Shown here: positions 38,329 through 50,433 of the stretch, one piece after another
Numbering within the stretch: position 1 is the stretch's first letter
Layout of the letters: each line of letters opens with the position of its first letter
NCBI GenBank assembly: GCA_026770705.1
Contig: JANJGN010000011.1
Location: 112,778,001 to 112,842,000, forward strand
DNA length: 64,000 bases
Reading direction: 5' to 3'
From: Isurus oxyrinchus
Lineage: Eukaryota
Position numbers and translations under genes: made by a program
Notes under the pieces: generated by a model
Database searches by the model: none
Told to the model about the DNA's origin: nothing
What the model saw: only the letters and a program-made list of their open reading frames with translations

Positions 38329-41300
38329 TGTAATAAACTTGATGTACCAGACAGATTCCTTACTTGAAACAGTTAACTTTATTTACAGAGCTCTTGTAGA
38401 AGCTAAATGCTTGAACCAAGTCCGGAACTAGAAAGCTCCACCCCTAAGATTATCCACGCTTGGGTCTGATTCACCAGTGCAATCACCCTAAAGTGAACCC
38501 TAAAGGCAGTAGGAAAGGTTATACCTACAATCATGATATTCCTCCCTCTTGAGTTTTTTTTTACATTTCTTATTTACAAGAATATCTTAATCCACAACAT
38601 ATACATATATACATAGACCACGCGAGGTGGTTTTCTAATTCGGTTAGAGCAGCGTAGCTCTATGAGTTGAGATTCTCCCACTGGATCGACATGCAGCATC
38701 AGGGACATCCTTAAACAATGGCAGCTCAGAATTAGGTAATTCAACAGAGACATCAGGTACATTTATTCTAGGTCAATCTGGCACCTCAGGGATTAAAGTT
38801 TCAACATCAATTCCAGGTGGAATAACTGGTTGTTGAAACATCACTCTACTCCTTAAATGATCCATATGTTTTCAAACAATCTGTTCTTCCACTTCCACAT
38901 GGTATGACAAAGGCCCAGTTTCAGTGACAATTATAACAGGACACCAACTAGGTCCATTTCTAAAATTTTGCACGAAAACTGTGCCGCCCACAGTAAATCT
39001 TCAAGGTTTGCTATGAATATTATGATTCACTTCCCTGACTAGTCTGGTTCTTCTCTACCTTCCCTTCTAAATTTGGAAACACCAGACTTAACCGTGTACA
39101 TAGGGAACGTTTCATCAGTAATTCAAATAGAGTTGAACACGTAGTTGCATGTGGAGTCATATGATAATTGAGAAGAAAACATGAGATTCGAGTTTCTAAT
39201 ATTCCTTCAGATAACTTTTTCATTCCTGATTTGAAAGTTTGCACTGCTCTTTCTGCTAACCTATTGGATGAGGGATGATATGGTGCTGTTTTAATATGTT
39301 TAATTCCATTTAAATTCATGAATCCCTGAAATTCCATACTGGTGAACGCAGTACCATTATCCAAAACAATGACTTCCGGTAGGCCATGTATTGGCGCAGC
39401 TTTTCAATAGTTGCACACGATGTCAGTGATCTAATTTCATACACATCCATTTAATTAGAATGCACATCAATGATCAATAAAAACATGGTACTGAAAAATG
39501 GTCCTATGTAGCCTATAAGTAGTCTATCCCATGGTTGATCAGGCCACTCCCATGGATGCAGTGGAGCTGAAATGGGCATCTTTTGTTGTTGCTGACACTG
39601 GAGACGGTGCTTAACTATTTTTTCTATATCACTGTCTGTACCTGGCCACCTGACATAACTTCATGTCATCATCTTCATCATTGAAATGCTTGGATGCACA
39701 CTGTGAAGCTCTGTCAAGAGTGGTACTCTTTCTTGTGAAACGACAATGACTCTTGATCCCCACAACATGAGAACTTAACTCAGCTTTAGGGCATGAATGG
39801 CCTTATATCACCAGACACTGGTGCATTCAACCAACCTTGCAATACCAGGTCTCGGACTTCGGACAAAATTGAATCCCGGTTTGTCCAAATCCTTACTTGC
39901 CTCACACGGACCGATGAAGGGTCCAAGAAATTCAACACAAGTACAACTTCTTGTGGCACTGTAGCATGTACAATGCTATCTGGTAACGGAAGACGACTGA
40001 GTGCACCTGTATGTGCATAAAGGTGCATTCATACGCCGCTAAAATCAAAGCCCAAAATTGAATTCTGGCTGAGACTATTGGCAGAATTACTTTATCTTCA
40101 CTAAATAAACCCCTTAGTGGCTTATGATCCGACACAATGGTGAAATGATGACTATGCAGGTATTAATTGGATTTCTTTACTCCAAATATTACGGATGAAC
40201 CTTCTTTTTCAAGTTGTGAATAATCCCTCTTGGCTGCAGAGAGAGTTCTGGAGACATAGCTGATTAGTCTTTCGGATTTGCTTTCTGTCTTTTCTTCTTC
40301 TGTTTGCCGCAGAGTTTTGTCTCGTCCTTCATTCTGATTTCACATTCGGCCAAATTTCTCTCTGGTGAAACCTTAACATGGTTCAGTTCGGTGGTTGAGC
40401 TCCCTATGGCTTCGCTACCCACTCACATCTTGGAAAGTTCCACGACTTTTCTTTCTAATGCCTCTTGTGTTTTAATCAGCTGATTCTTCAGTTCTTCTGT
40501 CTCCTTCTTGTATCTTTTAGCTTCGTCCTGGAATATTGAACATTGTTGAGTTTTTTCTGCCAACTGTTTCTTCTGTTTGTTCAGAGTGGCACTATAGTCA
40601 TTTTGTTGCTTTTCATGATTTTCCAGTGGAACCAACTCTGACCTGAGGGATCCTTGCATCCATTGAGGGTCCTTTGATTCTCCAAACTCATTCCGAAATG
40701 CACTGTCATATCCCCTTATCAAATCAGGATCTCTTCCTATTCTCACTTGAAATATTTCTGACCATTTGAGCTTAATTGCTTTTAATCACTTGCAGCTCAG
40801 AAGTTAAGGTCCTTCACCTGTCACAATGATCACCGGAAACTGGGCTGTCTGTTGCCTGTCGAACAAATGGCCAATGGCGATTCCTTTTACCTGTATTGAT
40901 TATCCAGTGTACATCTCCATCTGAGCCGTGGTTTGCTCCAGACTCAGTGGCTGGGTACCTTCACTTGGGTTTTAAATGTGTGCTCTCCCATCACTGTGGT
41001 TAATGCTCCTGTGTCTACCTCCATGACTAGCGACTTCCCATTCACTTGAAGGGTGGTGTTGATTGGTTCATTTCTACTGCTTTGACATTGTATAGGGAAT
41101 AGAAATCAGTATCAGCAACTTCTGGTTCTGTAATATTGTGCACTTCATTCATATCTGCTATCTTATGGACTGTCTCGATTTTGCCCTGCATTGCTTTATT
41201 ACGTGCCCTTTTTTGTGGCAGTAGTGGCATTCTGCCTCCTTATATCTACAGATTTCCGGTACATGGTTACCCCCCACATTAGTGAGAAATTAATTTCTGA

Positions 41301-42223
41301 ATTGCTGGTGAGATGCTTCCAGTATGCCTTTTTGTGTTTCGAGCAGCAGAGACTTTCTTTCACTTCGCAGCTGTCTCTCTGGCTTTCATGCCACACCCGG
41401 TGGTAGGTTCCTGCCCTAACTGAAGAACAGCGCCATGTTTACATTCTGTAAAGGCTGCAAGTCCCTCACATTCTCCATTGTTAGTGCTATATCCATGGCA
41501 CGCTTCAGGTCAATATAACTTCTGCAAGTAAACAACATTGAATGGCGTCGTCGTGTACCCCGCAAACCAACCAGTCCCGCAACATGGCGTTGCGTGTATC
41601 TCTGAAATCGCAGTGCTCAGTCAACTGTTTCAACTTTGCAATATAAGTTGCGATTGACTCACCCAGGGCAGTGGAGTTGAACTTAAATCTCTGCATAATT
41701 ACCAATGGCTTTGGCTGAGAATACTCCTTCACGAGATCTACCAGCTCTTTAAAAGATTTAAAATTGGGCATGTTCAGGGCTGTCAGATGAGGTTATATGT
41801 CTTGCTCCCGCCGACACTTAAAATATCCACTTTCAGCTTCTCTGCTGTCATTTCATTCACAACATAGAAACCTAAGCACTCTATGTACTGGCTCCAGTCT
41901 TCCATAGACGAGTCATAAGGGTCAATTCTGCAAAGAGTGGCATGACTAGTGAGCATACTTTACTTTCTTTCCTTAAGAATTAATATACTGACATTCACGA
42001 GGGCAAAGTGCAGCATCGGAGCTATTTATCCTCATTGACAATTGTAATAAACTTGATGTTCTTACTACAAACAGATAACATTATTACAGAGATTTTGTAG
42101 AAGCTCCATGCTCGAACCAGGTCCACGACTGGAAAGCTTCATCCCTGAGATGACCCGTGCTTAGGGCTGATTTGTCATGTGATCCTGAAGGAAGTAGGAA
42201 AGGTTATACCTTCAATCACTACA
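38329..42223 (-). mobile_element. Ty3/Gypsy LTR retrotransposon, Mag-like, RT-less
   Basis: LTRs 38329-38538 and 42043-42223; perfect TSD CCCTT (38324-38328, 42224-42228); eroded tRNA-Ser-type PBS; polypurine tract AAGAGGGAGGAA. Domains: gag (QRFKFN..GESIATYIAKLKQLTEHCDF..LRDWLVCG), protease (MEVDTGA), RNase H (SRTLSAA..YSQLEKEG, SDHKPL), integrase (DNGTAFTS..APYHPSSNRLAERAVQTFK). Confidence 0.93.
40280..40670 (-). pseudogene. Captured host-like coiled-coil coding segment (UACA/RAI14/ANKRD24-like) replacing the Gypsy RT
   Basis: MQGSLRSELVPLENHEKQQNDYSATLNKQKKQLAEKTQQCSIFQDEAKRYKKETEELKNQLIKTQEALERKVVELSKM*VGSEAIGSSTTELNHVK. Heptad-rich with no pol motifs. Family resemblance is from memory. 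Confidence 0.65.
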
Positions 42224-42399
42224 CCCTTAAAGGCATATTATAGCACCTGCTTCCTCCACAAATATCAAACACACTGTTTGCATGTAGCTCTGCTGAGGAT
42301 CTGCCAAAGTTAAAATAATAGGGCAGGAGAAAGTCTAAGAAAATTCCCGACAATATCTCTGGGTTTCTAGTCCAGTGCCATAACTATAATACTACCAAG

Positions 42400-42760
42400 C
42401 AGTAGAAACTTCACATAATCTAGAGAGTCACCTCAGCGTAGTACAAGAAGAATGCTTTACTGTCAGGGGTGCAGCCTTTCAACTGAGTCATCAAATCAAG
42501 GGCCCATCTGCTTTCAAATGTTAGTAAAAGATCCCATGGCACTATTTGAAGGACAAGGGAGTTTTCTCCAGTGTCCTGGCCAATATTTATTCCTCAACCA
42601 ACATCGCCAAAACAGATTATCTGATCATGAGCTTATTACTATTTGTGGCCCTTGCTTTGCTCAAATCGACTGGTGTGTTTCCTACATAACAATGACTATA
42701 CTTCAAAAAGTACTTAACACTTTGGGATGTCCTGTGATAGAAATGCAAATTTTTACTTTC
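42400..42760 (+). mobile_element. Deu-domain SINE (SacSINE1/AmnSINE1-like)
   Basis: GTAAAAGATCCCATGGCACTATTTGAAG..GTGTCCTGGCCAATATTTATTCCTCAACCAACATC core and an L2-like 3' tail. Confidence 0.75.
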
Positions 42761-43694
42761 GCCCCCCACTTTTGTAAATCATCCATTCAGTAAATGAGCT
42801 GGTCGCCACTATGTTCAACAAAAAAAAAATCACAGTTTCTGTGCTAATGATTTTTCAGCATTTTCCATTTTTTTTTAACCAAAATGAAAATGTTTTTATA
42901 TATAAGTTGGTTTGAATTTGTGAAGGCAGCAATATTGCCATTTAGGGTCACAATATCATCCTGAAAGATCAGCAACTGCTTTCAGTTCTCCAGAACTTAA
43001 AATCAAAACTGTTTCAGTGTGCTTTGCTCCAGCTATAATAGAGAGGGCTGGTCTGGGTATTCATTTCCAGGATTATATGTGGTCACCCTGAATAGACCAT
43101 TATCTGCATCGCTTGGATAAATTGCAACAGCAATGGAGTGATGAGTGCCAGTAATGACATTTATTAAACAGATTGAAATGAAACAGTAGTTGCTACGGAA
43201 ACCACATTGGTGAGGTACTGAATGAATACAGACCTAAAGGCTTTTAAGAGAATCAAAGGAGCTATTTCACACACGCGAAGAAAAACAATTTCAAAACAAT
43301 TTCTTTTAAAAAGACCAAAAAATGATGTGTGCCCCTTTTGTCATTCTCAAAATCAAGAAGTAGATAAAATGGGAAAAAAATGAAAGCAGGAAAAGAGATG
43401 CATCTTATTAAAATAATGAATCAAACTGGACTCAGTGGCATATTCTGCATTTTTATTTCACTTGAATATAACCGAAGTTTCTCAATGAGCCTTTCTGAAT
43501 TGTGTACCGAGATGGATCCCTCCCAATTAATTTTCTTGAAAGTTTCTTGCTTGAAAGCTTCAGATTGTTATGCTTGGTGGGACAATACAACAACAACTTG
43601 CATTTTTACAACATGAGTTAGTTCATTACCATGTGATACCTGCAGCAGAAACCTTCATGACTTTTATAGGTTCATTGAAGTATAAGGTTATGAG

Positions 43695-44180
43695 AAATTG
43701 GATTAAGAATAGACCATATGCCCACAGCCTGCTCCTCCATTTGATTAGTCTATGGCAGATCCTCAACTTCAACTCCACTTTCCTGTCTGATCCCAATATC
43801 CCTTAATTCTCTTAGACTTCAAAAATCTATTGATCTCAGCCTTTAATACAGACACTGAATGAATATCCATAGTGCTCTAGATAGAGATTTCCAAAGATTC
43901 ACAGCCTTCTGAGTGAAGAAGTTTCTCCTCATCTCAATCCTAAATGGTTCTACCCTTATCCTGAGAATTTGCTCCCTCACCTTGTTCCAGACCCTTCAGT
44001 CAAGGGAAACAGCCTCTCACATTTACCCTGTTAGGCCTTCTCAGAATCTTATCCATTTCATTAAGATCATCTTTTATTCTTTGAAATGCCACAGTACGTC
44101 TGCTCAATGTTTTCAGTCTCTCCTCATAGTACAAACCTCTCATCTCAGGAACAAATCTAGTGAACCTTCATTCCACCTTC
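43695..44180 (-). mobile_element. CR1 LINE 3' end
   Basis: Minus strand reads FFTQKAVNLWKSL; similar to the 2560-2620 CR1 region; followed by a 3' UTR. Confidence 0.75.
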
Positions 44181-45502
44181 GGTTGTGTCTTTTCTCATAA
44201 CTGACTAATGCCTAAAATATATAATTGTGCTTTTTATAGAAAATGGAGCTTGCTCCATGCCCTGTGTAATGTCTCCTTCTGTTTGCTTAAGACAGTTAAT
44301 GTGATTCCTTTGTTTAAACAAGTTAATGCACACAATGGGTAATTTACTTTATTTAAAAGAGTTTGTTTAATGTTATTGTAAGCTTCTTTAATATAATGAA
44401 GGTTTTATGTTATAGTTAAAGATGTTTCAACTTACTTAATAGGGAAAGTGATTTAAACATAAAATTTGCCAATTTAATTTGATTACTACCAATGCAGCGA
44501 GATACAGAAAGAGAGAGTTAATGCAGTTTCAAACAAATTGTACAACCATTTTACCATCAAATGCTTAAGATATGACTTCAGCCAGAAAATGCATTTCAAT
44601 ATTAATGCACAAAATAAAAAAAGAATCGTGAAAGAATCGTGGCGGCAAAGGCTGCACTGCAGTTAAGGAGTGTTGGGGTGGGGGCAAGGACTGCCCTGCA
44701 ATTGAGGCACGTTGTGGGGGGCAAGGGCCGTCTTGCGATTGAGGCATGTTGTGGGGGGGCAAGGGCCGCCTTGCGGTTGAGACAACTTGGCAGGGGGCAG
44801 CAATGGCTACCCTATGGTTGAAGGTAGCGCACAAGCAAAAGCGGGGTTGGGGTGAGTGAGAGAAGTGGCCAAGCATTAGGGAAGCCTTGTATAAAGTGAT
44901 CATTCCCTGCAACTGAGACAGTTCAGGCGCAGCCACATTGAGATGATTGGAGTTGGACCTCTAGCTTCTCTGCCCACTCAAACAATGCAGAGGCATCAAA
45001 GTGCCACCAAGTGCTTCAGAGCTTTTCACACCTCGGGCACAGACTGCAAAGTAATGAACATTTTAGTGGACTGCAGAACAGTTGGATGACTGGGCACGTT
45101 GTACAATCTCCTTGCTAAAGTTGGCCATGGAGCAGTCACTGGTTGAGGTGCCCACAGCCCCTTGCAATGTCATCATCCCAGTTTGGACCAGTCTCCCCCA
45201 TGGTTCAAGCTAACAGTGCAGCCTTGCAGTGCGGGTTAGGAGACTGCCTGTGCCTGAGCTGAGAGCACAGTATGCAGTCCGTTGGGCAAAGCTGCCACCA
45301 ATCAGTCGGGTGGAGTAGGATGGATGTGTGTGGGGTTTCGGGCAGCCATGCAACACATTAATCTCTGGCCATCCAAGTGATGGCCAGCAATCACTGGGAT
45401 GCATTAAGGGGCTTTTAGATTTAACCAAGATAGGTTCTTAGTACACCCATGCTAACACATGTTTCTCTCTCTTTCATCTTGCAGGAAGAGTACATCAGGA
45501 AC

Positions 45503-46722
45503 ATGGAGCCTGGTGACCTAGCTGCATGCCTCGTGGTGTACAGCGAACAAAGACGACTGAGAGTAGAGCAACTGAGGCACCTGGCTGTGCAGAGGGAGGA
45601 GCAGTGCCCACAGGAAGAAGGGGCAGCATGGGGTTCCCACATACACCTCCAAATAGCCACAATGAACCTTCATTGGTTGGTGCCTAGCTAGACGCTGGGT
45701 GTATAGATGCTGCCATGAATCTATGCAGATGACTAAGAACCAGTGTCATCGAAGACTGTGCATGTCAGTCACAACTGCCAGCTACTGCAGGATTTGGTGC
45801 CACAGAGACATGGAGGCCATCCATTGCCAGTGGCCATGAAAGTGACCGTTATGCTCAATTTCTACGCAAGTGGTTCCTTTCAGGGCTCCACAGGTGACCT
45901 CTGTGGGATATCACAAACCTCCACCCACAAATGCATCGATGACGTCACAGATGCCACCTTCACAAGAGCACACAACTTTGTGCATTTCCTGTGAAACCAG
46001 AAAAGCCAGAATGCCAGAGCGATTGGATTTGCCCAGGTCTCAGGTTTCCCACAGCTGCCATTGATTGCACTCACATTGCGCTCAAATTTCCGTTGAAACA
46101 CACGATCAACTATGTCAATCGCAAGGGATTCCATACTCTAGATATGCAGCTGGTGTGCGACCACCACAAACACAGCCTGCAGGTCTGTGCATGGTTTCCA
46201 GGCAGTGTGCACGACTCCTACATTCTCAGTTGGTCACAGATCCCTGAAGTCTTCCAGGGTCCACAGAAGCTGCAGGGATGTCTCCTCGGGACCAAGGGCT
46301 ACCCGCACAGGCCGTAGCTGATCATACCTGTGCAGCGGCCTCAGACTACAGCAGAGCAAAGGTATAATGAGGCTCATGCTGCAACTCACAACCTGGTGGA
46401 GCAAACCATCAGAATACTGAAAATGGGGTTCTAGTACCTGGGCTGGTCTGGTGGAGCCCTGCAATATAGTTCACAGAGGGTGTCACATCTCATCATCATT
46501 GGCTGTGCCCTTTACAAGCTGGCGCTGCAATGGGGAGAGGAGCTGGCTGAGGAGAAGCTGGATGCCTCCTTGGATGAGGAGGATGCCGACAGAGATGATG
46601 GGGAGGAGGACCTTGAAGGCGGCAATGACGGTGATAAGAGCCCTGCATTGGCCAGATGAGGCAAGCATGCTCTGGAGGCCCTCATAGCTGCTAGATTTGT
46701 TCAAGATGATGACAATATGTAG
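45503..46722 (+). pseudogene. Harbinger (HARBI1-like) transposase pseudogene
   Basis: GGHPLPVAMKVTVMLNFYASGSFQ, AIDCTHIAL, YVNRKGFHTL, FPGSVHDSYIL, LLGTKGYP, VEQTIRILK and an acidic tail. Confidence 0.93.
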
Positions 46723-47559
46723 TGAGGAGACACCATAGATTCTCACATTGCAACTATGAATGTTTGACTCCAGTCAGGCATTTCAATGCACATGCCCTCT
46801 GTGAGAATGCTCCTGTCATGGAAAGCAGCGGAAGACCTAATAGTCAATCGATTGCAGGCGGATGATGACAACATGCAGTGAGGACACTCCATAGATCTTC
46901 ACATAGCCTCTGAGAATGTCTGACTCCTGTCTGGCAGAAAGAAGCTGGTTTGCGCTCTGTGATCATGGGTCATATTATAGAGATACAGCTATGAAACTTT
47001 AAAAGCTTCTGATCCTTTGTCCATCTTCAGCACCTGACCCCTTCAGGAGCACAGTGTCACTGGTCACAGATGCTGAAGAGATGGGGTAACAGCCCCACCT
47101 TAAAGGTGCTGAGAGCATGCAGAGAGAATAACGGAACTCTGTGACACCTGCCCATTACATCCTGGCGGCAATGACAAGCACCATCGAGATGCAGGCATCA
47201 GTAATGTGTCCAGGGGATGTGAGACCGGACCATCACTTTGGCCTGAAGGCTGAACAAAGCACAGGGAAGAGGCCGTGGTCTGAGACACCTGCTTTTATCT
47301 TGTGCAGAAAGGTTTCGCATCTGAATGACACAAACACTGCTCATCAGAACAAGGAGCCATAGGCAGGGAGACATTCTTAGGAGTTTATGGACAATAGTGA
47401 ACAGTATGTACAAGTGATTAACACCCGTCCTCTACATCTTCTTAACTTTCCTAATCCTACCGCTACATCTTTGTGCTCCCCAGCCATCCACAGCGGTAGT
47501 GGAGGCAGCCTGCTGACTGCTACGCCCTGTGTGTGATGGCCTCGGTGGGCGTCCTCTGG

Positions 47560-49090
47560 AGGGCCTTGGCCGTTTTCAGTTAGTGCAGCCTCCTCAGGGT
47601 GAAGCTGGAGTGGTTGCGGTTACAGGAAGAGGGGACTCGGATGGTCCAGACACTCCCGGAGTCAACTGGATGGATGGCCCCTGGGAGTACACCTCTTGAT
47701 CCTCCTCCCTAAGGGTGCTCACTGGCTCCTGGCTGATTTCTTGAGGAGAAAGGGTAGCTGCAGTGAGATCGAGCTGCCCTGCACCCCTCCCGCATACACA
47801 CTGTTGGAGGCCAACTATGGCATCAGTGATGGAGTTCAGCCCATGCAACAGTGTGGGAGCAACATCCTGGACCAAGGCCTCCATGGCGGCAGACATCCTA
47901 TCAGTGTTGACCTCAGTACGTTGACATGCCGCCGCTATCACCTCAGCCTGAAGGTGGGTGGAGTCCTCCATCATGCCTTGCAATCTGAAGAGTGCAGGGA
48001 CATCCCTTCCTGATGTTTCCAAGCTCGCCTTTGCAGCTCCAGCAACTGTGACATGTCTAGAGGCTCATCATCTGACTCAGACTCAGCAAATTTCTGGCCT
48101 CCAACAGCCCTCCGAGTGCCGGGGACCTGGGAAGTCCCTGCCACTGCCTGCTGTGGATCAGGTAGTGTGATGTGCTCACCAAATTATGATCCTAAAGCTA
48201 CTGTAAAACTCGGTCCCACCGAGGTGCGTGTCTCTGCGCTGGTGGAGAGTGTGGGTGAGTGCTGTGATGGGACTTCAGGGAGGATGCCTACAGATTCCTG
48301 TTCAAATGTTTCTTCAGGCCTTGATTGGAGGACCTGGGTTGTGGACTCCATCAGCTGTTTTCCAGACGTGCATCCAGAGATAATTAGTGCAAGGCAGTGG
48401 CCTGTGAAAGAGCACACATCTCTCACAGCATGGTTTTCTAATGGATGTTGCACTGTTGGATCCTCACTTTGTAGAGCACCGCTGACCTCACCGTCAGCAC
48501 AGGAATGGTCCAGATCATCGCCAGCCGGCTGTATGGCTCTCTTTTCAAAGTCTGTGAGGACCTTGATTTCAGGCATTCCTCCACTGGTCTGTGACCTCTC
48601 TCTCGGTTGTGTGCCAGCTTGTCCTTCATGAGTAGAGGTGGAGAGAGTGTAAGCAGGGTGCCTGCCAGGCCGGATGATGAGAATGCCTGGCATGTGTGCA
48701 CGGTGAGTGGTCCCATGGACAGGATGAGGACAATGAATTTTTGTGTGAGATAGTGAATTGTGATGTCCCTTGAACTGGCAGTGAGTGAGGGCCTTATGGA
48801 TATATGATGAGTTTGTGAGTGTGTGAGTTGAGAGTGATGAGAAGAGTGATTTACCCTTGAGGAGATCATTCATCCTCTTGCAGAACTGAATAGTTGTCCT
48901 CTTTTGCAGGGCGTTGGCTCCTAGCTGCTACCGCCTCCGAAGTCTGGTTGGTCACTCTGCTGCCCATCCTGCAGCCAGAGCTGGGGTAGGCGACAATGCA
49001 ATGGGCCTCCACGGCATCCAAAAGGTTTCCAGTGATGTGTCATTAAACCTGGGCAGACTTTTTGCCTTTTGTGAACATCTTCCCTGGAGT
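47560..49090 (-). pseudogene. Harbinger Myb/SANT-like accessory gene remnant, probably spliced
   Basis: PRFNDTSLETF near 49050; reverse strand near 48890-48855 reads QFCKRMNDLLK followed by GTAAAT; ERSQTSGGMPEIKVLTDFEKRAI; coiled-coil-like ORF 47594-48022. Confidence 0.75.
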
Positions 49091-49344
49091 AGTCCTGGGT
49101 TGGAAGCACTGAGATGTATGAGACCATATGGCTGGACTTTAAATATGGTGCCCAGTGAGGTGATGGCGTGGCAGGCGAATGAGAGCCCGCCTGCCATTGA
49201 AGCTGCGTGTTTCCCAGGAATACTTCATTAATGCAGCAGGCTTGGGACAAAATGGCCAGAAAAGCCTCCGTTGTGGCCAGCGGGTAAAATGTCGTTTTAC
49301 CAGCCCGCTACCACACTTAGTGTAAACCTGGGATGATTCTGCCC

Positions 49345-49851
49345 TGTTACCCATTGCTGGTATATCAGGCAGTTGATAAGTTAGACAAGGAGCGGCTATA
49401 ATAGTTGATCATACCCAGGAAGGACTTGAGTTCTGTTACATTGGATGGTGAGGGCACATCTTTTATTGCCTGAGCTTTATCTTCTACTGGATGTAAACAC
49501 ATGGCATCCACCCTGTGACCAAGATAAGTGACTTCTGGCACTTGAAATGTGCATTTTTCCTTCTTTAACCATGCACCGGCTTCCATGAACTTTCTTAGCA
49601 CCTCCCCCAGGTTGGCCAAGTGTTTGGTCTCGGTTGACCCCGTGATCAGAACATCATCTAGGTATGCTACCACTCAGGGAAGTTCTTGCAAAAGACTCTC
49701 AATTGTTCTCTGGAAGATACCACATGCAGACGATACTCCAAAGGGTATGCAAGACCCTTGTGTGCGTTAATAGTCACTTATTCTCGTGACGTGCTATCCA
49801 GTTCTAATTGCTGGTAGGCGTGGCTCATATACAGTTCTGTATAGGACTTCC
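49345..49851 (-). mobile_element. Mag-like Gypsy RT fragment
   Basis: SHAYQQLEL, PFGVSSACGIFQRTIE, VAYLDDVLITG, KCTF..VTYLGH, ELKSFLGMINYY. Confidence 0.92.
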
Positions 49852-49914
49852 AAAGCAAAAACAAAAATACCTGGAAAAACTCAGCAGGTCTGGCAGTATC
49901 TGCGGAGAGGAGCA

Positions 49915-49955
49915 CAGTTAACGTTTCGAGTCTGAATGACCCTTCAACAGAACTA
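49915..49955 (-). ncRNA. Minimal hammerhead ribozyme motif (inverted pLTR copy)
   Basis: Reverse complement AGTT-CTGTTGA-AGGGTCATTCAGACTC-GAAA-CGTT-AACT. Confidence 0.7.
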
Positions 49956-50392
49956 AGTAAAAATAGAAGAGAGGTAAAATATAAGCTGGTTTAAGGGGAG
50001 GGGGGGGGTGGGACAAATAGAGCTGGATAGAGGGCCAGTGATAGGTGGAGATAACCAAAAGATGTCACAGACAAAAGGACAAAGAGGTGTTGAAGGTGGT
50101 GATATTATCTAAGGAATGTGCTAATTAAGGGTAGAAAGCAGGACAAGCAAGGTACAGATAGCCCTAGTGGGGGTGGGGTGGGGTGAAGGAATCAAAAAAG
50201 GCTAAAAGGTAGAGATAAAACAATGGATGGAAATATATTTAAAAATAATGGAAGTAGGTGGGAAACTAAATTATTGGAAAAAAAAGTGGGGGGGGGGATT
50301 CGGAAAGGGGGTGGGGATGCCAGCCCTACTTGTCACACCGCCCCCCCACCCCCTTAAACCAGCTTATATTTCACCCCTCTTCTATTTTTACT

Positions 50393-50433
50393 TAGTTCTG
50401 TTGAAGGGTCATTCAGACTCGAAACGTTAACTG
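50393..50433 (+). ncRNA. Minimal hammerhead ribozyme motif (5' pLTR)
   Basis: AGTT-CTGTTGA-A-GGGTC-ATTCA-GACTC-GAAA-CGTT-AACT: stem I AGTT/AACT, stem II GGGTC/GACTC, palindromic ACGT as stem III. Confidence 0.72.

Larger units (their letters stand above)
44630..49344. mobile_element. Near full-length two-gene Harbinger transposon (convergent transposase and Myb-like genes), degenerate
   Basis: HARBI1-like gene on + and Myb/SANT-like gene on -; right TIR GGATGATTCTGCCC ending at 49344; left end not resolved. Confidence 0.85.

Noticed and set aside
45503-46722. Domesticated HARBI1 host gene
   Set aside because: Multiple stops and frameshifts, a convergent Myb partner and a TIR; three diverged copies in the window indicate transposon relics.
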